Positions 10,118 through 19,170 of a stretch of DNA of 64,000 bases are shown in pieces (position 1 is the stretch's first letter; the number at the start of each line of letters is the position of its first letter). A model generated the notes under the pieces. That model made no database searches. It was not told the DNA's origin and saw only the letters and a program-made list of their open reading frames with translations. Source of the stretch: Escherichia phage vB_EcoA_4HA11; sequence record MN445184; one strand, written 5' to 3'. Position numbers and translations under genes: made by a program.

Positions 10118-10745
10118 TCTGTTCCCGAGACAGATATTCCAACGGGTTGCGAGAATACGCTTCTAACAGCAGCAGTTGGAGCACAGCGCGATTACGAGTT
10201 TCACTCTCCATCATGATACCGTTCATATGTGGTGAACGGGCTGTCCATACAACATACTGACCTAAATCGTCGTTGGCAGTCAGGCTAATGCGAAACTGAT
10301 TGCACAATTTGTCGATTAACACATAATCATGTGTGAACGTCCCTTCAGTTTTCCAGCTTGATTTCTTCACCTGAAGAGCTTCACCACGAGTTCTGAATTC
10401 TAACGTCACTCCATGAGTTTCATTGTCGAAATGAACAACTCTCTGAGTTTCATTTATTAGAGTCCGGTTCATATTATATGCGAAGAAACGGGCGTCGATC
10501 TCCCTATTGCTCATGGAATTAAAATCGATCGGCCAAAATCGTGCACGCATAATCGCGCCTTCTGGCAATACAATTAGTCCATTTTCACGGGAGACATAGC
10601 AAAGACGTTTAACTGCAGGGTCAGGATGTTCCACACAATAAACGGAAATTCCAGTGGGAAGGATAGCGTGGGCGACAACACCAGATCTTTCAAAATATAA
10701 ATTACCCTGGTCAGCCCCGATGATAATACGGCTCTTGTTGTTCAT
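10077..10745 (-). CDS. hypothetical protein
   Basis: 222-aa ORF. Confidence 0.45.
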   Translation of the reverse strand: MNNKSRIIIGADQGNLYFERSGVVAHAILPTGISVYCVEHPDPAVKRLCYVSRENGLIVLPEGAIMRARFWPIDFNSMSNREIDARFFAYNMNRTLINETQRVVHFDNETHGVTLEFRTRGEALQVKKSSWKTEGTFTHDYVLIDKLCNQFRISLTANDDLGQYVVWTARSPHMNGIMMESETRNRAVLQLLLLEAYSRNPLEYLSREQIDNALSHCNRLEV

Positions 10746-10801
10746 AATATAGATCTCTCAAATAAAGGCGGTTTAATAATAACCGCCCTTGTATTATAGA
10801 A

Positions 10802-11605
10802 TTATTTTATATCACCGACATACATGTTCAAACTTTCATCCCATTCTAAACGAACACGAATAGTGCCAGAATCGTTTGGGAAAGACAATTTGTCGCACAT
10901 ATGACGATTTGCATATGTTCCGCTCTTATTAACAGGATAATCTTTACCTTCACCGATTGCGAATCGTTTGAAGTTCCGACTCACCATCATATTGATGTTA
11001 GTCCACTGCAATTGTTCCCGTAGGGTTTTGCACAATATAATCTTCCCATTAGACCGGAAAGACACGAATAAATCATTTGGTGAAGAAAATCGTCTTTCTT
11101 GCGGACATAACTGCCTGATTGAAATAAATTCAGATTCTTCTTTATTCTCAACCGGAGACTTCACGGGTTCTTCTTTTCGTTTTTCTGCATATTGCTCAAC
11201 AGCCTTTTGGCTGACAGGCGGCAGATCAATAGAAGGGGAGATGACTGCTGGCTTAATGACTGGTGAAGTACGAGCAGCAACAAGTTTTTCCTGAGCTTCC
11301 AGAATTCTCTCTTGGCGAGATTTTGGTCGAGTATCAACCTTGGAGCTGAAATCACAAACCGTAACCCAGTCACCCTGGTCGTTGCGCTTGGCAACCAGAG
11401 TTAATTTGTAAATGATGCCCTGTAGCTTGCTTTCACGCATAGTGTCTGCAAACCAGAAAGCACACCCTTGCTCAAATTTTTCAGCGAAGACCACGCGACC
11501 ACCATCATGGATCAGAATAACCTTTGCTTTGCTAGGTGCGAACATTTTATTCTTTTCAACGATCGCCTCAGCGATCTTTTTGGTAATGATCATCACGAAA
11601 TACAC
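10802..11605 (-). CDS. hypothetical two-domain protein with Pro/Lys/Glu-rich linker
   Basis: 267-aa ORF. Confidence 0.45.
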   Translation of the reverse strand: MYFVMIITKKIAEAIVEKNKMFAPSKAKVILIHDGGRVVFAEKFEQGCAFWFADTMRESKLQGIIYKLTLVAKRNDQGDWVTVCDFSSKVDTRPKSRQERILEAQEKLVAARTSPVIKPAVISPSIDLPPVSQKAVEQYAEKRKEEPVKSPVENKEESEFISIRQLCPQERRFSSPNDLFVSFRSNGKIILCKTLREQLQWTNINMMVSRNFKRFAIGEGKDYPVNKSGTYANRHMCDKLSFPNDSGTIRVRLEWDESLNMYVGDIK

Positions 11606-11642
11606 CTTTCAGTTCAATGGGGAATAAAATTTTAACCTGAAA

Positions 11643-11963
11643 CTATCTTTGATTTCCAACGAAATTAGTTGCAATTTCACGGCACATAGTCAAATCTTTA
11701 ATAGTCTGTTTGCTGTTGTCTGCAGCAGATTCCATCATGGGTAAATCAAGCGCATTCTCTATCTGGTCCACACTATAGAGATCAAGGCGTTTCAATTCAC
11801 CTTCATAATCAGATAAAAGGATTGATGTGTCCTTATCATCCGGATGAAATTGTTGATATGTAGACAACCAAGCAGCACAAATATTCAACTTACTGGCCTG
11901 AGCTGCCAATACTTGGGAAGACATGAAAGCGTACAGGAATAACAATAAGATTTTGATTTTCAT
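11643..11963 (-). CDS. secreted hypothetical protein
   Basis: N-terminal signal peptide MKIKILLLFLYAFMSSQVLAAQA. Confidence 0.45.
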   Translation of the reverse strand: MKIKILLLFLYAFMSSQVLAAQASKLNICAAWLSTYQQFHPDDKDTSILLSDYEGELKRLDLYSVDQIENALDLPMMESAADNSKQTIKDLTMCREIATNFVGNQR

Positions 11964-12814
11964 CTTTCGTTCTCCTTCATCATATTATCGCAGTCAATTC
12001 TTGTTTGCTTGAGTTCACGCGAAAGCCTTGGGTCGTCTAGATTGACAGACAAATTAGTGGAAAGATCTTTCAAACCATTCTGAACACGGTCTTCATAATA
12101 ATGATCATTTTCCACTAGCCATGCTCTCAGGCCAAGGGCGCGAGTCCGCCATTCCTTTTTCAAACGTTGATCTGATTCTTGATCAGCACTATATTCAAAT
12201 ACTCGGATACATTGGTTGCCATCATTGATGAGATCCAGCTGACGTCGGCCAACCTGCACACCTTTTTGTAATGCTGGAGAAGGAAGAGAACGGCACTGTC
12301 TTACGGTCATTCGTCCTTGTGTGCCCATACGACCAGTCATAATAAGATCGCCAGCCTCCATGCCTCCTCGGTTAAATTCTTTGTCGTTCATATATCCTTT
12401 CAGGTTGAACGCGCCTTGCTTATATCGATTAAACTCAATACCAGCATTTACAACGGCATCTGTGACATTACCTGTGGCCCAGAGTTCAGCAAAGTTCTCT
12501 ATGGAACCAGTTTTGTCTATAGCGACGGCTTGGGAGAACCCAGCACAGTAGGAAAGATCAGACCACAGTTTTTCACCCGTGGAATTCAGCTTGGCGGTGG
12601 CAGGAAGTGCCAGACCAGCCAGCACAACCCCGATGATTAAACGTTTCATGGTGATTCTCCTTATTTCATTGGATAAAATGATAGGGCTGTCACCATGTTG
12701 AGTAAAGGGTTTCAATAAACTATCGTATTCAGAAACGGGTATCGCTGACCGTTCTGTATCGCACACCCTGAAACTGTTTAGCGAGTTTAACAAATTCCAT
12801 CGCTGGCAAATCAA
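11960..12814 (-). CDS. secreted hypothetical protein; probable true start ATG 12649
   Basis: Signal peptide MKRLIIGVVLAGLALPATA begins at internal Met (12649) with GGAGA SD; the track's N-terminal extension is probably not translated. Confidence 0.5.
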   Translation of the reverse strand: MICQRWNLLNSLNSFRVCDTERSAIPVSEYDSLLKPFTQHGDSPIILSNEIRRITMKRLIIGVVLAGLALPATAKLNSTGEKLWSDLSYCAGFSQAVAIDKTGSIENFAELWATGNVTDAVVNAGIEFNRYKQGAFNLKGYMNDKEFNRGGMEAGDLIMTGRMGTQGRMTVRQCRSLPSPALQKGVQVGRRQLDLINDGNQCIRVFEYSADQESDQRLKKEWRTRALGLRAWLVENDHYYEDRVQNGLKDLSTNLSVNLDDPRLSRELKQTRIDCDNMMKENER

Positions 12815-13178
12815 CTTTGTAGACCTTCATGCGCTGTTTGCCGTCCATGTTCAACGCAGCGACAAATCGGTGAGAACCGTCAACAACGTAATTGTCAGAA
12901 GATACCCAAACTCGACCCATAGGTTTCTTATTTCTGATCTGCTTCATGATCTTCCAGACCTTCATTTTATTGATTTCGTTCTGGGTAAGACGAAGCATTT
13001 TGATGGGCACTTGCGCAGCATCTATAGACACGCCGTTGTCTTCAAGATATTTGTGAAAATCTTCTTGTTTGTCGGCATCGATTTGCGGCATAGAAGAACG
13101 AGAAAGCCCGAGGTTCCCAACAGGGATCCTCAGGCCATTTATGATATTCATCCAGTCAATAAAGGATGTAAGGAACAT
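12729..13178 (-). CDS. ParB-like nuclease domain protein
   Basis: Motif YVVDGSHRFVAAL resembles the ParB/Srx DGxHR...AA core. Confidence 0.4.
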   Translation of the reverse strand: MFLTSFIDWMNIINGLRIPVGNLGLSRSSMPQIDADKQEDFHKYLEDNGVSIDAAQVPIKMLRLTQNEINKMKVWKIMKQIRNKKPMGRVWVSSDNYVVDGSHRFVAALNMDGKQRMKVYKVDLPAMEFVKLAKQFQGVRYRTVSDTRF

Positions 13179-13371
13179 GACACACCTCGGGATATAGGGT
13201 TATCCCTTAGTTAGTTCATCCACCTATCTTTTCTTCTCGATTCTTGTCGTTCCCTCCGCTTATGTTCAAACCGGAATAACAGATAGAAGAAATTACCACC
13301 CAATACGAAGATGACTCCGATTATCACCAGGATACCCTTTACAATTTCCCAAATTAATTCATTATCCAAAG

Positions 13372-13656
13372 TTACACCTCATCTTTATTAATTCCATCGA
13401 TTAAGACACGAGCGGAATCAAAATCTTCCCCGCTAGTATTCAGCATCTTAGTCAAATCATCAATTTCGTGAACTGGGCCAAGATCAGATTCTCGCAAAAT
13501 GAAACCCAGAATCCCATTCAACGCGGAAGTGATATCTCCCTTGTCGATATCATTTTTGATCACCATAAGTTTTACAACAGAATTAGTCTGACGGGAATCC
13601 AGATTTAATTTGTTTGACACCATGATGTTCAATTTGTTACGGATTATTCTTTGCAT
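13372..13656 (-). CDS. hypothetical protein
   Basis: 94-aa ORF. Confidence 0.4.
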   Translation of the reverse strand: MQRIIRNKLNIMVSNKLNLDSRQTNSVVKLMVIKNDIDKGDITSALNGILGFILRESDLGPVHEIDDLTKMLNTSGEDFDSARVLIDGINKDEV

Positions 13657-13668
13657 AATATAGCCTCT

Positions 13669-14172
13669 TCAAAATTGGAATGTTTGTTTCATAACGTTCA
13701 CCATGTAGGATGGATCTACTGGTGTTCTGTTATACGTGATCTTGCCCATGCCATTCAGACGTTCGACAATGCGCTCGGCATTCTCTTCTACTGCTGCCTG
13801 GGTCGGTTGGTAATCGTTCAAATAGATCGCGAGTTCCTGTCGATTGTCGGACGTCACCTGATTGCGGAGCGAAGGATAGTTGACAACATACCCACGAGAA
13901 ATCAGTTCGGCAACAAGCTGATCGTAACGCTCGATCAAATAAATGAGTTTGTCGCGGAAGAACAGCACATGACCTTCGTTGAGTTTGTACTGCTTTGGAG
14001 CGCCCTTGAGATTACGGCGTTTTCCATTCACCACGTTGAGGACAACAGGCGCAAGTTCTTTATACTCGGCAAGGAGGTGTTGGTCGCAAAGAGATTCAAC
14101 GGGAATAACATTGATGCGAGTCATGGTATAGTTCCTGCATTTCAAATCGACGGGGTAATCATACCCCGCCAT
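13669..14172 (-). CDS. denV: pyrimidine-dimer DNA glycosylase (endonuclease V, DenV)
   Basis: MTRINVIPVESLCDQHLLAEYKELAPV... closely parallels T4 endonuclease V N-terminus ([27 protein letters not shown]); likely start ATG 14124. Confidence 0.85.
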   Translation of the reverse strand: MAGYDYPVDLKCRNYTMTRINVIPVESLCDQHLLAEYKELAPVVLNVVNGKRRNLKGAPKQYKLNEGHVLFFRDKLIYLIERYDQLVAELISRGYVVNYPSLRNQVTSDNRQELAIYLNDYQPTQAAVEENAERIVERLNGMGKITYNRTPVDPSYMVNVMKQTFQF

Positions 14173-14183
14173 AATTTATAGAA

Positions 14184-14423
14184 TTAATTGATATGCTTCA
14201 AAAGAGCGAAAAGAATATTCGCCTTGGCTTTAACCTTACCGACGACACCCGTTTCGGCATCAACCTCTTCAGCAACCCATACTTTTCCTTTCTTGCTAAT
14301 GATAACATCTCGGCGCGAAGCATAGACTTCCTTGGTCATGTACACACGGCGGAATCCTTTAGCGCGGAGCAAGCCCCAATTGCGGTCTATTTCTACTGCC
14401 GTTTCTACTTTCTTGTTTGACAT
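14184..14423 (-). CDS. hypothetical basic protein
   Basis: 79-aa ORF. Confidence 0.4.
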   Translation of the reverse strand: MSNKKVETAVEIDRNWGLLRAKGFRRVYMTKEVYASRRDVIISKKGKVWVAEEVDAETGVVGKVKAKANILFALLKHIN

Positions 14424-14553
14424 GTTATAATCAACCTATTCAATTTCTGACCAACCCCACGTTAGCCAGTTATTGAATAATACGGCAAATGTTTATTCAA
14501 GTAAAGCCCTTGAAAGTAAAAATCCCCAATAATATTGGGGATTTCATGGATTA

Positions 14554-14871
14554 TTATTTGCAGAGAACAACGACGAGTTCAGCTAACTCTCCGAGGGTAG
14601 GATCATCTCCATGTTTACCCACCCACTCGTCACTAATTTCTACATCGTACTCTTCTTCGATTTCCATGACCAGCTCAATCATGTCAAGATCGTCACCACC
14701 GAGGTCATTCTTAACCCGTAACGGCGCTAATGCATCGATATTATCATCAATGTTATCAAACTTTTCCTTGTGATCCCCGTTGCGCCAAGTTTCCATGTTC
14801 AGGTTGTCACAAGCGTACTGAGCCAGAACACGCATTACTTCAACATAAGTTGGTTTGTTTGACATAAGCAT
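14554..14871 (-). CDS. acyl-carrier-protein-like protein with Asp replacing the phosphopantetheinylated Ser
   Basis: DLGGDDLDMIELVMEIEEEYDVEISDE aligns with E. coli ACP [27 protein letters not shown]; Ser position is Asp (codon 14691..14689). Confidence 0.6.
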   Translation of the reverse strand: MLMSNKPTYVEVMRVLAQYACDNLNMETWRNGDHKEKFDNIDDNIDALAPLRVKNDLGGDDLDMIELVMEIEEEYDVEISDEWVGKHGDDPTLGELAELVVVLCK

Positions 14872-14877
14872 ATCTCA

Positions 14878-14905
14878 AAATGAAGGCGGGTTTCCCCGCC
14901 AGTTG
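14878..14905 (-). terminator. rho-independent terminator-like hairpin downstream of the vWA gene
   Basis: GGCGGG-GAAA-CCCGCC on minus strand followed by UUCAUUUU. Confidence 0.45.
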
Positions 14906-14908
14906 AAT

Positions 14909-17323
14909 TTAGATTTTGACTTCTTTTTCAGCCAGTTCGGCAGTGACGGTGTATTTCACCCCATCAACTTCCACATCCATAGTGGATTCTTCCAAATCCA
15001 GGTCGGTAAACCAACCATGGCCTGCAACAATCCCATAAACTACCTTGGACAGCGTTTTGTTCAGGGCGCGGACTTCGTTGATAGCTGCTTTTGCTGCGTC
15101 TCCGATCCAACTTTCGATCAGCTTTTTCTGAGTCTCTTCCGGTACGCTGGTGATCATCGGTGATTTAACGAATGCATTGTATTCAGCCAGGGCATTAGCG
15201 ATCAGCTGATCAGCGACATTCAGTTTTTTACCGTCCGTCTGTTTTTTGATAACAGACGCGATGCTCGGCAGTGAAGATGCGCCTTTGATTTTCACATTCA
15301 ATTCACGACTCATATAGACATCGGTTGATTCTACAGAAGAAGTCTTCGGTGAAAATCCATAGTCGCGAATGCCGTTTGCTGACAGGAAATCAGCCGCTTC
15401 TTTGCCATATTTTGAAGCCAGACCAGTAGCGTTGCCTTTACCAACCAGTTCATCACGGTAGAATTTCAGAACTTTTTGCTTTGCCTTCAATGCTTCACGG
15501 CGCACATTGTCTGCAAAGAATTCAGCAGCACTGATATTCTTTGTCATGGCGCGGTTAACCATTGGGACACTTTCCAGATTTACAATGAAGACTTCCGGCC
15601 CACCAAACACATGAACACCCATGGCAGTCAAATCCTGTGCCACCTTAGCCCGAACAATCGGAGAATCTGCAGTGATAGGCATTGTTTTCAGGTTGATGAT
15701 ACCATCCTTGACAATAGTGTAATTGCGATAACGCCAGGTTCCCAGCTCTTCAGGAAGTTCATATTTCTTCTGTACAAACTCAGGCACAACAACCGTTCCG
15801 TGTTGAACTGTCTGCACACTGATGTTAGGACGTTCTGAATTGTAGACCAAATTGCTGATCGGGACAATCCCTTTATCATCTGCTGGATTGAATTCGGGGG
15901 TCCAATCTTCGTGCTCGGCCAGTTTGAGCGCCAGGGCTTTACGCTCTTCTTTAGAAGTCGCATTCGCAATCTCTTCGGCCAACTTGTCTTCGGTGTCATC
16001 AACTTTCTGTACAGTACCGCGCCCAATGCTCTTGTAAGAGAATAGCGGATGCTTGGTGACGATAGAGACATCGGCTTCGGCCAGGTAGGTCAAAACATCA
16101 ACAATGGTCGTTGCATCTTCAGCCGGAACCATATTATAATCGATGCCATCAACTCCTCGCAGAGATTCGTCTACGATAGCCTGAGTCAGATCGACTTTGA
16201 TGTTGGAATAGTCCTGCTTGGTGAAACAGTTGCTGTACTGTTTGATGAAGTGGACGTCACCCGTCTTCTTCAGCGCGGCCCAGACCAGATCGGCGTCCAT
16301 GGTATACACGCCGTAAAATGCCAGCACGTATGCCGCTTGGATGTCTGCCAGATTATCCAGCTGGTCGATCATGTTGGGGTTTACAACCCACAGCTGAGAA
16401 ACGCTTTCAGGGATGCTGACGTGGCCAATAGGGTGCTCTTCATCAGGATGCACAGCTAAAACAGTCGCCACGCCATTTTCAACATAAATGGCATGGGTAT
16501 AAACCAGAGGAACATCGACTACAACTTTCGGTGAAGAAGTTTTCAGCACGTTTTCCAATTCGGTCTGATATTCATTCTGGCCTTCGGCGAATACGTGGGT
16601 CGCACCAGAACGTTCTGCCATTAGCGCCAGCAGTTCGCGATTACAATACCAACCGTATTCGATGAAGGTAATGTTATCAAACGCTTTGGGCAGTACTTCA
16701 GCGGCATCCAGGATTTCATTAGAACGCCAGCAGTTGTCATATCCGTCGGTCATGAATGCCAGGTTGTTAACATAACCAGGTTTATTCAGGCTAATGGCAG
16801 TTTCCGCAGCCAGTTTCAGCGGCTCAACAAAACCAGTACAACCAGAAGGCTTCAGGAAACGGTCAATTAGATTATTGATCTCACTGAGGTCGGTTGCACT
16901 GTTAATCTGACGTCCGGCAAATACCGTTCCGAAATCACCGCGAGATGAAAAGTAAAGGATGCTCACAGTATCTTCCGGTTTCACCAGGGAAGGCAGGTTC
17001 TCCTTCAGATGCTTACGGACTTCTGGAAGTGAACGATACATGGAACCGGAGATATCCACAACGATTACATGGTTAGACGGCGCGACGGTCGCAACCGCAT
17101 TCTTAAATGTTAATGATTCAATCATCGTTTTGACCTTTTTGGGCTTTGGAGTGTGTTTGGAGTTCGCGTCGGCGTTCTCCAGCATAGTTTCAATGAAATC
17201 CCGGTTGTTTTCCATTTGGGCGACCAGAACATCACTGGGACGGAATGAATTGTCAAGACAATCAAGTCCGGCGCGTTTTAATTTGTTGTCGGTCATCAGG
17301 CTCTCGTGAGTTATATTTCCCAA
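14909..17323 (-). CDS. von Willebrand factor A (vWA) domain protein
   Basis: MIDAS-like VVVDISGSMY motif, downstream ...FMTDGYDN; track start is TTG, likelier ATG 17296 with GAGAG SD. Confidence 0.65.
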   Translation of the reverse strand: MGNITHESLMTDNKLKRAGLDCLDNSFRPSDVLVAQMENNRDFIETMLENADANSKHTPKPKKVKTMIESLTFKNAVATVAPSNHVIVVDISGSMYRSLPEVRKHLKENLPSLVKPEDTVSILYFSSRGDFGTVFAGRQINSATDLSEINNLIDRFLKPSGCTGFVEPLKLAAETAISLNKPGYVNNLAFMTDGYDNCWRSNEILDAAEVLPKAFDNITFIEYGWYCNRELLALMAERSGATHVFAEGQNEYQTELENVLKTSSPKVVVDVPLVYTHAIYVENGVATVLAVHPDEEHPIGHVSIPESVSQLWVVNPNMIDQLDNLADIQAAYVLAFYGVYTMDADLVWAALKKTGDVHFIKQYSNCFTKQDYSNIKVDLTQAIVDESLRGVDGIDYNMVPAEDATTIVDVLTYLAEADVSIVTKHPLFSYKSIGRGTVQKVDDTEDKLAEEIANATSKEERKALALKLAEHEDWTPEFNPADDKGIVPISNLVYNSERPNISVQTVQHGTVVVPEFVQKKYELPEELGTWRYRNYTIVKDGIINLKTMPITADSPIVRAKVAQDLTAMGVHVFGGPEVFIVNLESVPMVNRAMTKNISAAEFFADNVRREALKAKQKVLKFYRDELVGKGNATGLASKYGKEAADFLSANGIRDYGFSPKTSSVESTDVYMSRELNVKIKGASSLPSIASVIKKQTDGKKLNVADQLIANALAEYNAFVKSPMITSVPEETQKKLIESWIGDAAKAAINEVRALNKTLSKVVYGIVAGHGWFTDLDLEESTMDVEVDGVKYTVTAELAEKEVKI

Positions 17324-17379
17324 CTATTTCAACATGGGACTATTATATTACGACAGGCGGTATTGATGCCAATTAATAT

Positions 17380-17420
17380 AATAAAAATGCCCGATTGAAT
17401 ATAACCGGGCATTATATTAT
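17380..17420 (-). terminator. rho-independent terminator
   Basis: ATGCCCG...CGGGCAT stem (17387..17393 / 17406..17412) followed on minus strand by UUUUAUUAUAUU. Confidence 0.5.
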
Positions 17421-17446
17421 TGACAGGTTGAAATATTATTCAGAGC

Positions 17447-18319
17447 TTATTTAAAGGAGTCTACAATGGATTTGAAAATATAATCTTTGGAGCGTTGTTG
17501 TACCGGGAGTTCTCCATACGGAACCATGCAAGGGTGTTGCTTGGTCTGAGGGTCTTTGACTGGGCCATACACCCATCCCTCAGCCTCCTTCTCCGCCATC
17601 CAGCTCTCATGCGATTCGCTGGGCTTACGATCACCAGTGAGATGGAAGATAACACCTTTGCAAGCGCTCTCACGCTGCCAGGCCGGAGATTGTTCCCAAG
17701 GCAGTTGAGAGTCGTCACCAACAGACTTGCAGTATGCGCGGTTGGCTTCATGACAAATCTTGGCGATGCGCAGAACCAATGGCGAATAAGTGAGATCGAG
17801 TTTGGAGTTGGCGCGCAGGAAATCACTAACAGCCTTACGAGATTTGGCGTTGTGAGAGTCAACAACAAGTTCCATGTCATCCGGCCCACAAACGAAAGAC
17901 GCCAAGAAGCGCTCGCCATTTTCCGCTCTGAACATCACGTCCTGAATCATCACATTGAAGCCGAGGTGATAGGCCGGGCAGAGGGCGCTACGTTCAACAG
18001 CGTATTGATCGATCCGGATCTCTGCCGTTTCCGTGGCTTTGGCCAACAGATCTTGTTCAACAAGCGCCCGGTACGCCTCCAGCTGCCACAGCTGGTCGAA
18101 GGTGTTATTGTAGGAAATCTCTTTGCCCAGGGCTTCATCGAAGTTGGCCGGGTCTATGGATGTGCTGGGCTTGGTGCCGTGAACGACGAAGCCGTTATCC
18201 ATCTTGAAATGACAAGTGATAGCCCGGTGACCGCCGACTTCGCGGTCTTCGTAAATCACCTCAGCGATATGTGACTTCAGGACTTCAGGAGTGAGTTTGA
18301 TGCCAGTACGAGTTGTCAT
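17447..18319 (-). CDS. two-domain protein: N-terminal phage Gp49-like domain, C-terminal RyR-like domain
   Basis: N-term ITCHFKMDNGFVVHG...NFDEALGKEI...LEAYRAL; C-term HESWMAEKEAEGWVYGPVKD...PCMVPYGEL resembles RyR-domain signature. Confidence 0.5.
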   Translation of the reverse strand: MTTRTGIKLTPEVLKSHIAEVIYEDREVGGHRAITCHFKMDNGFVVHGTKPSTSIDPANFDEALGKEISYNNTFDQLWQLEAYRALVEQDLLAKATETAEIRIDQYAVERSALCPAYHLGFNVMIQDVMFRAENGERFLASFVCGPDDMELVVDSHNAKSRKAVSDFLRANSKLDLTYSPLVLRIAKICHEANRAYCKSVGDDSQLPWEQSPAWQRESACKGVIFHLTGDRKPSESHESWMAEKEAEGWVYGPVKDPQTKQHPCMVPYGELPVQQRSKDYIFKSIVDSFK

Positions 18320-18327
18320 GTGTTATC

Positions 18328-18702
18328 CTATGATATTTGTTTACAGACCTCCACTACTTTACGGCACATGACGATATCGAACAAGCCGATATGGCAATCG
18401 CGCTTCTTGATCCCCAGATTATGAGCCAGCCAGCTGTAAGCATCACTCCTGCTCCTCTGCCCACTTTTCCAGATAGGGTCAAACGACCTATGAGCTTCCT
18501 GCTTAGCAGCACGGAGAGCGGCATTCGCCATCCTTCCCAGAGGTTGTCTACCATCCCCATGGGTATGGCAACCCACACGAGCGTCGCATGGCGAGCATCC
18601 CCAGAACTTCAGTTTGTGTAGATCTGGGCGATGAGGGTAGAGTACATCACCACTGACGTATTTGGCAGGAAGACCGCAATAATCACAAATAACTTGTTTC
18701 AT
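18328..18702 (-). CDS. zinc-ribbon protein (DUF3268-like)
   Basis: CDYCG...CSPCDARVGCHTHGD cysteine pattern. Confidence 0.45.
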   Translation of the reverse strand: MKQVICDYCGLPAKYVSGDVLYPHRPDLHKLKFWGCSPCDARVGCHTHGDGRQPLGRMANAALRAAKQEAHRSFDPIWKSGQRSRSDAYSWLAHNLGIKKRDCHIGLFDIVMCRKVVEVCKQIS

Positions 18703-18714
18703 ATTCTTTACCTA

Positions 18715-18745
18715 AAAGAAACCCCGCACACGGCGGGGTTGCTCA
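18715..18745 (-). terminator. rho-independent terminator
   Basis: CCCCGC-CGUGU-GCGGGG hairpin followed by UUUCUUUU on minus strand, directly abutting the next gene's RBS. Confidence 0.5.
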
Positions 18746-18761
18746 GGCCGGAGCCGACAGA

Positions 18762-19133
18762 TTATTTCAGGAGTTTTTCCAGTTCTTCAACAGAGAGACC
18801 TTCCAGTTCCTGCTGTTTCTTACGCTGGATCAGTTCCATGATCGCCTGGTTATTCGCTTTACGTTCGGCGGCGGTTGCGCTTTCGTCACGTTCTTTCAGT
18901 TTAACACCGATGATCGCTTTCACGATATCGAAACGCAGTTGTAACTGAGAGTCGACTGCGCTTTTCACGCCGATGAAATCTTCTTCATCGCTGGCGGCTT
19001 CCTTCACCTGACGGCTGAGGTCTTTCGCCAGTTCGTTTAGGGCATTCAGGTTCAGATCCCAAACCTGCTCAACAGACAGCAGACCTTTGTTAGAGTTGAA
19101 ACGCAGTTTTAAACGGGTTGCTTGATCAAACAT
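18762..19133 (-). CDS. hypothetical coiled-coil protein
   Basis: 123-aa ORF. Confidence 0.45.
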   Translation of the reverse strand: MFDQATRLKLRFNSNKGLLSVEQVWDLNLNALNELAKDLSRQVKEAASDEEDFIGVKSAVDSQLQLRFDIVKAIIGVKLKERDESATAAERKANNQAIMELIQRKKQQELEGLSVEELEKLLK

Positions 19134-19170
19134 TTCATTGTTCCTTATTACGAATTTGTGGTCAAATCAA

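Noticed and set aside
11960-12814. The 284-aa form of this ORF and its overlap with the next gene
   Set aside because: An internal ATG at 12649 with a GGAGA SD starts a classic signal peptide; the upstream extension is in-frame sequence unlikely to be translated.
17495-18274. Long plus-strand ORFs lying entirely inside minus-strand genes (this one, also 35404..36189, 19549..20097, 25882..26472, 13651..14181, 45243..45731)
   Set aside because: They are antisense to well-supported genes with recognisable motifs, lack convincing SD sequences and fit the pattern of shadow ORFs; treated as non-coding.
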